DNA of 64,000 bases from NCBI RefSeq assembly GCF_902713615.1, contig NC_052171.1:1426001-1490000 (forward strand). The letters are read 5' to 3'. Position 1 is the first letter of the stretch. Each line of letters starts with the position of its first letter. This document shows positions 45,301 to 57,300 of this stretch, in pieces. Made by a program: the position numbers and the translations under genes. This DNA is from Scyliorhinus canicula (lineage: Eukaryota). The notes beneath the pieces are model-generated. The model made no database searches. It was not told where the DNA came from and was given only the letters and a program-made list of their open reading frames with translations.

Positions 45301-48300
45301 ATCCCCAATGCCGCTAACATGCAACAACAACTATCCCAACCCCTGACAATAAATCGCTGCACCCACTGTGCGCAAAACAGTTTGTGACTCCCCAGACAGA
45401 GCAGTTCATCTACCACCCAAAATTCCAATCTCCACTGCTGGAGTCTAAATTTCCAGGCACCAAAAATAATTCAGGACTCAAGTGTGTGTGTGTGTGTGGG
45501 TGCCTCAGGATAGAATCCTGGATCAACCATTCACATCACTCAAGCCCCCCTCAGAGGTCACAATAACAACAGAACAGTGGGCTGTCTCAACGCACATTGA
45601 CTTCTGACAAGTTTCTTCCTCTCGCAGCCTGCACGCTGGTCCTTCCTGTTTAACTGAACAGATACCATAATTTGACTCACTTGGTAGGTCTCCCCATGAG
45701 GGAAGAGATCAATCTCAGCGTTTAGCCACTTCCGGCCTTTGTTTCCAGAGACAGACCACAGCTTGTGCCAGTGAGGAGCATTCTCGGATTTCTGGAATAC
45801 GTTTAAGGAACCTGCAAGGAAACAGATTTAGACCGATGCAGCTGGTTTGTATCCCAGAAATAATGGCCCTGCGCTTTCTTGATTAAAAGGTTTCCATTAA
45901 GATCGTGTCATTTGCAGTAGGGAGGGAGTACCAAAATCAAATCTAAGATTACACAGCAGCTTTCCTGTCAGTCAGCGACATGTTTATCTATCTGTCTGAA
46001 GTGACCTTTCCTTGTGTTCAATCCCATCCTGATTCACATTGAAGGAGCAATGTTAATCAAAACTAGGAGTTCCTGCTCTCCATGTGTCATCGTAACAACA
46101 CATCCCCAGCATCACACACACCCACACCAGTTTTCAACCTTCCTCCTCTTGCTTTATCTCACACCTGCCCATCACCAAAGTTGTCAGTTATTTAGGGACA
46201 TTTTAGTGTGGCCAATCCACCCAACTGCATATCTGCGGGTTGTAGGGGTGAGAGCCACACAGACATGGGGAGAATGTGCAAATTCCACATGGACATTGGG
46301 CTGGGGCCGGAATCGAACCTGGGTCCTCGGCACTGTGAGGCAGCAGTGCTAACCACGGCACCATCGTGCCGTCCGGAACATCACCGAAGTTCACAAAGTT
46401 ACAAACGGCAGTTATCTTCAGGTCACCTTTTGTTTGACAACGGTTTGAAGTCGGGTACCTACAGCGCATTATCACATGTAACTATCGGAGTCGGCTGCCT
46501 GGGGCCCTCACAACTCACCCATGTGGCTCCCAAACATGTTGAACCAGAATGTCAGGCACTTCTGTCCTCTCAATACAGGGCTGACGAGTGCTGCGTGCTC
46601 CCCACTCTGCCGAGGATACGAAGCTTCTAGATACAGGTAGTGACCTGTAATTTAAAATAAGTCAATCAAAAGATAATCAGAGATATCAGTATCTATGAAG
46701 GAAAACGCCTTTTTAAATAAGCTGTCTAATTTTTCATGTTCTCCCCCCCACTCCCCCACCCCAATTTTCAATCCTCCTGTCAGATTCCACTTTCCCTGTT
46801 CCAGCCAACACATCCCACATCTTTCATCATATGGAATAGTTTGATTCCTGGTGTCAGATCAGTGAGTCCACAATATAATCTTCCCAGTGGTTCCAATACA
46901 ATGCTCTGTGTAGGAATCCAAACTGGCCCCCACAGAACCATCAAACACACAAACAGAGCGTCTACTTTAGTGAATTCATAATCCAGGTCCGCAGAATTCC
47001 TGACTGCTCCTCACTGATTGGGAAATGCTCTACTGCGCCTTGGCCAGACACAGAACCTCATCAAGGTCAGTGTGGTCCTGGGTGACATCCTCCAGAGAGG
47101 CAGACATACTGCCGAGACACACAGCCAGGGCCATCACCGACTGCATGACGGCTTGGGCACCTTCACTAATGGTGCTGACATTGTGCACCAGGCTCTCCAC
47201 TGTTGGCCTCAGTGCCACGCATTGCCTGCGATATCACATGTGCCCATAGTCTCTGGGACTCCTCCAATCAGCTATGGACCTACTGGAGTGACACTGACAT
47301 CTCCCTCTGAAAGCCCTAACCGATCCCCATCATCTCCATCAGCTCCAGGGTTATCCTTTCTCTCGGCTCAGCATCAGGCTGGGACCCAGCTGGGTCCTGG
47401 AATCCAGCAGCCCTCTGCCTTCATTTGTGGCGAGAAGCCCGGAGGCCTCATTAAGTAGGCCGATTAATGTTGGATAGCGTTGTCGGCATCGCTGGGCCGA
47501 GCGCCGGGAAGTTTACGGCATGTTACTGTTCGCTTCCACACGTGGGAACCTTTCCGGAGAATTAGTTTTTTTCGTTCTCTCAGGACCAGTCCCTGTGTTA
47601 ACAGCAAAATAAAGACCTTCCCTGTTTTACAACTGCATAAAACCCATCACATATCTACTTTTCAGTTTAGAAGTCAGATTGGATTGGAAACATAACTTTG
47701 TTCCTCTCTCCCTATGTACTGCCAGAGCTGCTGAGTTTTACCAGCATTTTCTGCCTTTATATCTGTACAGTGAGGCTGACTTCTCTCTTCCCACATCTTA
47801 ATGAACCTTACTTCAGAACTTTTCTTGTCATCATTACCACCCGTTGCCTCTGCGCTACCAATTTTTAAATGCACGAGCAGTCCCTTCCTTACCACATTTC
47901 AATCCCCCAAATGCCTCAAACACATTTGTATTTCTCTCACCTCCTCGGCCTTTGCACTGGCCTCTCGTGTGGTCCCATTTTGGTCCAGTTCCCCTTGAGG
48001 AAGTTTGGCGGTGATGAAGCATCCAGTCAAAGTCATCTGTTGTGGATTGTCCCCAGTCACATAGACCGTGTTCAAAGTCACAGAGCTGTTCCACAGTAAG
48101 GTCAGCAGGCAACACTGAGCGACTGGGAGAAAGCAGCTTCGAATCATACAAGGTGTTGGTAACTACAGGACTGTACCATCTGGTCACAGTAAATGGTGAA
48201 ATAATAGACTGGGGGTCTCCAGCATTGATGATTGCAGAGGAGGAGGATGTCAACAGGGTGTCAGCAATGTGAGTCGACGATAGCAAGGCCTCCGCCGGCA

Positions 48301-51300
48301 GCAGCGTCTCTGCAGGGTGAGTCAAGGCCCGCAGGGGGGCCGCAGGGGGAGTGTCCGCAGGGGGAGTGGAGGCCCAGGGAGTGTCCGCAGGGGGAGTGTC
48401 CACAGGGGGAGTGGTGGCCCAGGGAGTGTCAGCAGGGGTAGTGGAGGCTTGGGGAGTGTCCGCAGGGGCAGCGGTGACCACCAGCGTGTCCGCAGGGGGA
48501 GTAGAGGCTTGGGGAGTGTCCGCAGGGGTAGTGGAGGCCCGGGGAGTGTCCACAGGGGGAGTAGAGGCCTGGGGAGTGTCCGCAGGGGGAGTGGGGGCCC
48601 AGGGAGTGTCCGCACGGGGAGTAGAGGCCTGGGGAATATCAGCAGGGGGAGTGGAGGCCCGGGGAGTGTCCGCACGGGGAGTAGAGGCCTGGGGAGTGTC
48701 CGCAGGGGGAGTGAAGGCCTGGGGAGTGTCCGCAGGGGGACTGAAGGCCCAGGGAGTGTCCGCAGGGGGAGTGTAGGCCCGGGGAGTGTCCGCAGGGGGA
48801 GTGTAGGCCCGGTGAGTGTCCGCAGGGGGAGAGGAGGCCCGGGGAGTGTCCGCAGGGGGAGTGTAGGCCCGGGGAGTGTCCGCAGGGGGAGTGTAGGCCC
48901 GGGGAGTGCCCGTAGGGAGAGTGGAGGCCCGGAGAGTGTCCGCAGGGGGACTGAAGGCCCGGGGAGTGTCCGCAGGGGGACTGAAGGCCCGGGGAGTGTC
49001 CGCAGGGGGAGTGGAGGCCTGGGTTGTGTCCGCAGGGGGAGTGTAGGCCCGGGGAGTGTCCGCAGGGGGAGTGTCCGCAGGGGGAGTGTAGGCCTGGGGA
49101 GTGTCCGCAGGGGGAGTGTAGGCCCGGGGAGTGTCCGCAGGGGGAGTGGAGGCCTGGGGAGTGTCCGCAGGGGGAGTGTAGGCCCGGGGAGTGTCCGCAG
49201 GGGGAGTGTAGGCCCGGGGAGTGTCCGCAGGGGGAGTGTAGGCCTGGGGAGTGTCCGCAGGGGGAGTGTAGGCCCGGGGAGTGTCAGCAGGGGGAGTGTA
49301 GGCCTGGGGAGTGTCCGCAGGGGGAGTGTAGGCCCGGGGAGTGTCCGCAGGGGGAGTGGAGGCCCAGGGAGTGTCCGCAGGGGGAGTGTCTGCAGGGGGA
49401 GTGTAGGCCTGGGGATTGTCCGCAGGGGGACTGAAGGCCCAGGGAGTGTCCGCAGGGGGAGTGGAGGCCCGGGGAGTGTCCGCAGGGGGAGTGTAGGCCT
49501 GGGGAGTATCCGCAGGGGGAGTGTCCGCAGGGGGAGTGGAGGCCTGGGGAGTGTCCGCAGGGGGAGAGGAGGCCCGGGGAGTGTCCGTAGGGGGAGTGTA
49601 GGCCCGATGAGTGTCCGCAGGGGGAGTGTAGGCCCGGGGAGTGTCCGCAGGGGGAGTGTAGGCCCGGGGAGTGTCCGCAGGGGGAGTGTAGGCCTGGGGA
49701 GTGTCCGCAGGGGGAGTAGAAGCCCAGGGAGGGTCCGCAGGGGGAGTGTAGGCCCGGGGAGTGTCCGCAGGGGGAGTGTAGGCTCGGGGAGTGTCCACAG
49801 GGGGAGTGTAGGCCCGGGGAGTGTCCGCAGGGGGAGTGTAGGCCTGGGAAGTGTCCGCAGGGGGACTGAAGGCCCGGGGAGTGTCCGCAGGGGGAGTGGA
49901 GGCCTGGGGAGTGTTCGCAGGGGGACTGAAGGCCCGGGGAGTGTCCGCAGGGGGAGTGGAGGCCTGGGGAGTGTCCGCAGGGGGAGTGTAGGCCCGAGGA
50001 GTGTCCGCAGGGGGTGTGGAGGCCTGGGGAGTATCCGCAGGGGGAGTGAAGGCCTGGGGAGTGTCCGCAGGGGGAGTGTAGGCCTGGGGAGTGTCCGCAG
50101 GGGGAGTGTAGGCCCGGGGAGTGTCCGCAGGGGGAGTGTAGGCCCAGGGAGTGTCCGCAGGGGGAGTGTCAGCAGGGGGAGTGGAGGCCCAGGGAGTGTC
50201 CGCAGGGGGAGTGTCAGCAGGGGGAGTGTAGGCCTGGGGAGTGTCCGCAGGGGGAGTGTAGGCCTGGGGAGTGTCCACAGGGGGAGTGTAGGCCCGGGGA
50301 GTGTCCGCAGGGGGAGTGTAGGCCCGGGGAGTGTCCGCAGGGGGAGTGTAGGCCCAGGGAGTGTCCGCAGGGGGAGTGTCAGCAGGGGGAGTGTAGGCCC
50401 GGGGAGTATCCGCAGGGGGAGTGGAGGCCCAGGGAGTGTCCGCAGGGGGAGTGTCAGCAGGGGGAGTGTAGGCCCGGGGAGTGTCCGCAGGGGGAGTGTA
50501 GGCCCGGGGAGTGTCCGCAGGGGGAGTGAAGGCCCAGGGAGTGTCCGCAGGGGGAGTGTAGGCCCGGGGAGTGTCAGCAGGGGGAGTGTAGGCCCGGGCA
50601 GTGTCCGCAGGGGGAGTGAAGGCCTGGGGAGTGTCCGCAGGGGGACTGAAGGCCCGGGGAGTGTCCGCAGGTGGAGTGAAGGCCTGGGGAGTGTCCGCAG
50701 GGGGAGTGGAGGCCTCGGGAGTATCCGCAGGGGGAGTGTAAGCCTGGGGAGTGTCCGCAGGGGGTGTGGAGGCCTGGGGAGTGTCCGCAGGGGGAGTGTC
50801 CGCAGGGGGAGTGTAGGCCCGAGGAGTGTCCGCAGGGGGTGTGGAGGCCTGGGGAGTGTCCGCAGGGGGAGTGAAGGCCTGGGGAGTGTCCGCAGGGGGA
50901 GTGGAGGCCTCGGGAGTATCCGCAGGGGGAGTGTAAGCCTGGGGAGTGTCCGCAGGGGGTGTGGAGGCCTGGGGAGTGTCCGCAGGGGGAGTGTCCGCAG
51001 GGGGAGTGTAGGCCCGAGGAGTGTCCGCAGGGGGTGTGGAGGCCTGGGGAGTGTCCGCAGGGGGAGTGAAGGCCTGGGGAGTGTCTGCAGGGGGAGTGGA
51101 GGCCCGGGGAGTGTCCGCAGGGGGAGTGAAGGCCTGGGGAGTGTCCGCAGGGGGAGTGTCCGCAGGGGGAGTGAAGGCCTGGGGAGTGTCAGCAGGGGGA
51201 GTGTAGGCCTGGGGAGTGTCAGCAGGGGGAGTGTAGGCCCGGGGAGTGTCCGCAGGGGGAGTGTAGGCCCAGGGAGTGTCCGCAGGGGGAGTGTAGGCCT

Positions 51301-54300
51301 GGGGAGTGTCCGCAGGGGGAGTGTCAGCAGGGGGAGTGTAGGCCCGGGGAGTGTCCTCAATGACAGTGGGTGCCAACAGCGACTCCACCGATGATAGCGG
51401 ACTGTCCGCATGGGCTGTGGAGGCCAGCAGGGAGTTCTCTGGGGGAGTGGAGGCTAGCAGAGTCTGCCCAGGGAGAGTGCTGTCCGGCAGCATCTGTGCT
51501 GGGGGAGTTGAAGCCAGCAGGTTGTCTGCATGGGGAGTAGAGGTGAGCAAGGTGTTGGCAGGACCAGTGGAGGCCAGTAGCATTTCTGCAGGGTCAGTGG
51601 GGGCAAGCAGGGTGTCCTCAGGGTGAGTGGGGGCAAGCAGGGTGCCCTCAGGGTGAGTGGGGGCAAGCAGGGTGCCCTCAGGGTGAGTGGGGGCAAGCAG
51701 GGTGCCCTCAGGGTCAGTGGGGGCAAGCAGGGTGCCCTCCGGGTCAGTGGGGGCAAGCAGGGTGCCCTCAGGGTGAGTGGGGGCAAGCAGGGTGCCCTCA
51801 GGGTCAGTGGGGGCAAGCAGAGTGCCCTCAGGGTCAGTGGGGACAAGCAGGGTGCCCACAAGGGGTATAGAGGACAGCTGGGTATCCGCAAGGGGAGTGG
51901 ATTTCAGCACGTTCTCCGTTGGGTGTACGGGCCCCAGCAGGATGTCCGTAGAGCGAAGGGGCTCTACTCGGGCATTTACAAGGGCAGCGGAGGCCAACAG
52001 CGACTTCACAAGGGACATGGACTGCAACAGCATCTCCGTAGGGGAAGTGGGCGTCAGGTGAGTATGTGTTGGGGCAGTCCTGGTTGTCACCAGAGGGTCA
52101 CACACTTTCAATGCCTTGTTCCATCTTGCTAAACAACCAATTTTCAGGTGAGAAGACAGTCTCTTTGTGTGCAAGGTCACGGTTGGTGCCTTCTTCTGTG
52201 AGGCCATATCGATCTGCACACGGGGACTTTCCCCAACATCTGTACGAAGAATTCCAGGTGTTATTGTGGTTCCAGTTCCTGGAATCGTCGACTGCACAGT
52301 TGGCACCTTCAATTGATTGGCTGGAGTCATTATTTCCAAGTGTCCAGTTAGTTGTGTCTTGAAGACTGGCCAAATGGGCAATCTTTCATGTCTCCGTTTA
52401 CAACTTTGGCAGAGAATGGCAAATCGTTTTGGATAAATAGCATTGATCAGAACGGGCGGAAACCCAGACGCTGACGAAGATTGTTGTACAATATTGGCTG
52501 CTTGTGTGTGCGTGTCTGCTTCATCGCTCCAAGTGATTGGCCGAGGCCCCTGGCGTCGAGTGGTCAATGAGTCAGCCGAAAACAGCACTGACCCGTGAGT
52601 CTGGTTGCCGGATTTAAGGAAATGGGGAGTTACAGGCAACAGTTCAATCTGCCCAAATAAATTTTGGCTTTGCTGGTGCAGAATTGGTTCCTTGCTCATG
52701 CGCCTGGTGCATCCCTTGGGGCAAGGTGCAGGTGGTTGAGTCAGAGTCCGCCTGGTCAGTGCAGGAGACATGATGTGCAGAAGGGGGTGAGTGGTTTTCA
52801 GGTTTGTGCTCACACTCTGAGCAAAAGGCAGCTCAGTGCGAGTGGGAAACAGTGTCTCAGCTTTTTGACTTTGGTCCTGTGCCACAACAGACAACTCCAC
52901 CTGGTCCCCAGAAGCTTCAGGAGCCTTCACCGCAGCTATGACCGAGGCATTGCGGATGAACGCAGCTCCCGACTTAGTTGGCCAAGAAGTGGGTGAGCAC
53001 GTACCTTGTCGAAAGCATTCACGATATCCATGGGTAGTGGTCGTGGTGTGGTTTCCTGTGGACCCATTCCCACTCAAACTCCAAATCAGCTGCGCTGATG
53101 TGTCAACTCTCACTTTCACTGTTTCAGGATAGATACCCAAGAGAAATTTTAATCTCCCTGCTTCTTTGGCTCTTCCAAGTTCGTGCAAGGAACCATCTTC
53201 ATTCAGCATTTGAAGACCTAGGGTATTTTGGGTGCAGTGGGAGGGGAGGAAATAGAATAATTTAAATAGGCTTTTGCAACTTTAATAGTTCAGCTCTTCA
53301 GGTTTAATCAATTATAGAACAATATAGAAGAAAGATATTCAGCCCACGGTGAGTGTGCAAGCTCTTTGTTAGAGCTATTCAATTAGTCCCTTTCCCCTCT
53401 TCAGTCTGATGCTATCTTCTCTTCACCATTCCAATATTTATTCATAAAGGACAGCATGCAGCGCAGTGGTTAGCACTGGGACTGCGGCGCTGAGGACCCG
53501 GGTTCGATCCCGGCTCTGGGTCACTGTCCGTGTGGAGTTTGCACATTCTCCCCATGTCTGCGTGGGTTTCACCCCCACAACCCAAAGATGTGCAGGGTAG
53601 GTGGATTGGCCAATGCTAAGTTGCCCCTTAATTGGGAAAAAAAAATTATTGGGTACACTAAATTTATATTAAAAAAAAGACACAAAATTTAAAAAAATAT
53701 ATCCATAAAACCATAAGGCATAGGAGCAGAATTGGGCCATTCGGCCCATCGAGTCTGCGCCGTCATTAAATCATGGTTGATATGTTTTTCATCCCGATTC
53801 TCCTGCCTTCTCCCCATAAAGCATCCCCAGGGGCTGCTTTCGCACAGTGGGCTTGTAATGCAGAACAAGGCCAGCAGCGGGGGTTCAATTCCCGTTCCAG
53901 TCACCCCGAACAGGCGCCGGAATGTGGCCACTAGGGGCTTTTCACAGTGGCTTCATTGAAGCCTACTTGTGACAATAAGCGATTATTGTTATTATTAACC
54001 CCTGAACCCCTCAATAAGACATAGGAGCAGAATCCAGTCACCATTCGAACTACTGCCAGGGTTTCAGACAGGGCATTTGAGATCGTAACTCACGGCACGT
54101 ACACTCTGGGCCTGTTACTCATCACATTAAACCTGTGTTTTCTGGCTAACTATCCTTCCGCCATTGGATAACAGTTTCTCTTATTTTACACCATCAAAAA
54201 AATATATATACATGTCGCCATACATATTATTTATACGAGCCATATAAATATAGTCGCTACATAAGCAGGTCAGAAGCTCAGAATCCTGCAGTGAGTAACT

Positions 54301-57300
54301 CACCTCCTGACTCCCAAAGTCTGCCACCATCTACAAGGCACAAGTTGCGCCTGTGATGGAATATTCCCCACTTGCATGGATAAGTGAAGCCCCAACAACA
54401 CTCAAGAAACCCAACACCTATGAGGCCAATATAAGGACAAACCTGATTGGCACCCAATCCACAAATATTCACTTCCACAGCCACTGACACACAGCGGCTG
54501 CCGTCTGCACCACCTGCAACATCACTGCAGGAACTCACCAAGGATCCTTCGGCAGCACCTTCCAAACCTACGGCCCCTACCTTCTCACAGAACAAGGGCA
54601 GCACCATCACCTGGAGGTTTCCCTCCAAGCTTCCGATCACCCTAACTTGGAAATATATCGCCGTTCCTTCAGTGTGGCTGGAACTCCATCCTTCGCAGCA
54701 CAATGGATGTACCTACACCACATGGACTGGAGCGGCTCAAGAGAGCAGCTCACCCCCCCCCCCCCACCTTCTCAAGGGTACTTCGGGAGAGGCAACAAAT
54801 GCTGGCCGAGCCAGTGATGCCATATCTCATGAATGATTTTGATCGCCACCATCAAGTCTCCTCCACTCGAAGAAGTAAAATCTGAGAGGCTTCACGTCGA
54901 GGCAGAATGCTGAGTGTACTGGGGAATCAGTATGATTTTGTAGTTGAGGCACTGATTGGATAGGCAGCCCCTCGCGATAGGAAAGAGGGAATAGCTGACC
55001 AGAACAATTCCATGTTGTTTCAACAGAACATCACCAGGTGTCGTGCTGCTGCTTGTGAAGGTGTCAGTGGGCCAGAAACCCCCCCCTCCCCGAAAAACAG
55101 GCAAACTGCACCAAGTTAATGACTGAAAATTATTGTCTACAGACACACAGAAAGAGGAAAAAAAGGCCTGTGAACAACACAAACAGGAAGACGTGACTCA
55201 AGGCTGTTCTGTGAAGGACATGCAGTGGAAAAGAAGGGAATGTGCTCAACCACAACTCCTGGTATGCCACTGATTTAAACCATGGAAACCAAATCAGCAG
55301 AATTCCTCTTCAAAGGGCATTTCAATCACAAGCAACAAAGCAAGGTTTCCACCGACTGTGCTTTTGAGGGTAGATGCTTGTTATGAGATCACGACCTTCC
55401 TTATGTCTCTGCAATACAAAAACATATACAAGCAGCGTTCTGTCCCAACACTTAGATATACTACATACCATTCTCCCTGTACAATGCCATTCTTTATCAC
55501 GGAGATAAAAGGGTTCACTGTTTATTAAAGATGGACACTCGTCTCCCCAGCTCAGGGAAGGCACATCTCCAAACTTCCCTGCCAAGAACCATGAGCTTTC
55601 CACACCTGATCATGCACGTGGCTGCTGTCATGAACTAGCTTGAGAGATTATGGAGGTGGCTCTTGACTGAAAGCTTCTTTTCTATGGGACGTTGCAAAAC
55701 AAAGCTGCAGCATTGAGTCTCTGCAAAAGATTGTATTCAGCTGCCCATAACTATTGTTTAAATCATCGCGCCGTGCGCAGTTCTCCAGAGCCTAGACAGT
55801 TTCTCAATCCAATTCAGAAACTCCCAAAGCAACTCATGGTTTGATTTTAAGAAGATAAATAACTATCGGCAATTTATTGTTAAAAATAATTCTTTTTTTT
55901 TTTCCTCCTTCCAAATTAGAGGATTCAGGGGGCAAGCAGACCAGTGCCAGGTGGAAATAAAACACTGGTGGGGTCCATGAAATTAAACTAACAGCAGCAC
56001 AGGGGGAATCCAAGGAAATGAACTCGAGTTCAAATTGACTACGCTCATAGACAAGAGACCAGCAAAAACTCGTGATTGATTTATTTTGTGCTTTCACACA
56101 CAGGTTGAACAGGATCGGGGCCTATTTGAATCAGCTGCGAGGAGTCAAACATTCTCTGAGAAGGACTTGTTCCTAACACCCTTACGTTTCACCACATTCG
56201 CCTTATCTTTGAGGTGGGTGGTGCAGTTGTAGAGCCGATTAACCTTCACCAAGTCCAGCTCACTCAGGCGAATGCGTTGGCCGAGCACAGTATCCGTATC
56301 CATCAGCGGTCTCAGGGTTGGCTCTCTGTTCTTGGAAAATGCAGTCCTACAATTGGGAAAGAGTTTTATTGCACATTAAGGCAGAAATCATGAAAAAAAA
56401 ACTGATGTTTACGGAGCACCTTTAACACAATGAAATGTTGTTTCATGGGAGCACCGTCAAAGAAACTTTGACACCGAGCCACATGAGAAGCAATGAGGAC
56501 AGAGGATAACAGGCTTGGTCAAAGAGGGAGATTGCTTCATAAAAAAGGACGGAGGTTCAGATTTAGGGAAGAAATTAAAGAGCGTGAGCCCAGGCCACCA
56601 ATCGTAGTGCTGTGATAAAAATCAGGGATGAACAGGAGGCGGGAACTGGGGCAGTGCGGGTATCATAGAGGGTTTCGGACTGGAGTAGGTTACAAACATA
56701 GGGAGGGGACATGGTCACATAGAAATTTGAAAACAACTATTACAAATTATTTTGGGAAAGAAAGGTGTTGCTGAATCGGGAACTAATGGTGTTCAGTCAA
56801 TAAAGGGATTATCGGTGATTGGGACTTGGTGCAATTTAGGATACGGGCAACATCAGCTTTGGATGAGTTCAGGTTTACAGTGGGGGCAAGATACTGGATG
56901 ACATGCGAAGTGAGACTTACTGGGCTGCGACTTAGCTCAGGGCTTCACAGCAGTTGTGAATATATTGCGTGCCCAGGGATGTTCCTCAGGCTTTGCTGTT
57001 ACCTCCAGCTAAGGCCATAAAGAGAGAGAGAGAGAGAAGTGGTTGCAATTCCAACTCCCCACCACACTCACCTACTGTAGTGCAAGATGGAGCCATAATC
57101 ATATTTGGTCTTGAGATTGTTGGTGTTTTGCTTCAAGAAATTATGTTCATAGCCTGAAAGAAAAGTCAGGTGTCTGTTGGCATGTGCGAGAGCAAAACAG
57201 AACTACATTTCGTGAAGGTATTTTTGTTCATCAGTATGTCTTGCTGATCTAATAAAATCATTCCATGACAAGCCATTGGACACCTTTATAACAGAAACAA

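Noticed and set aside
48317-51411. 1,025-aa Arg/Gly/Ser ORF (+) and 1,029-aa Leu/Pro ORF (-)
   Set aside because: Shadow frames of the 30-bp repeat. They end at the array edges and lack splice or domain context, whereas the TPPAD frame continues into MAM.
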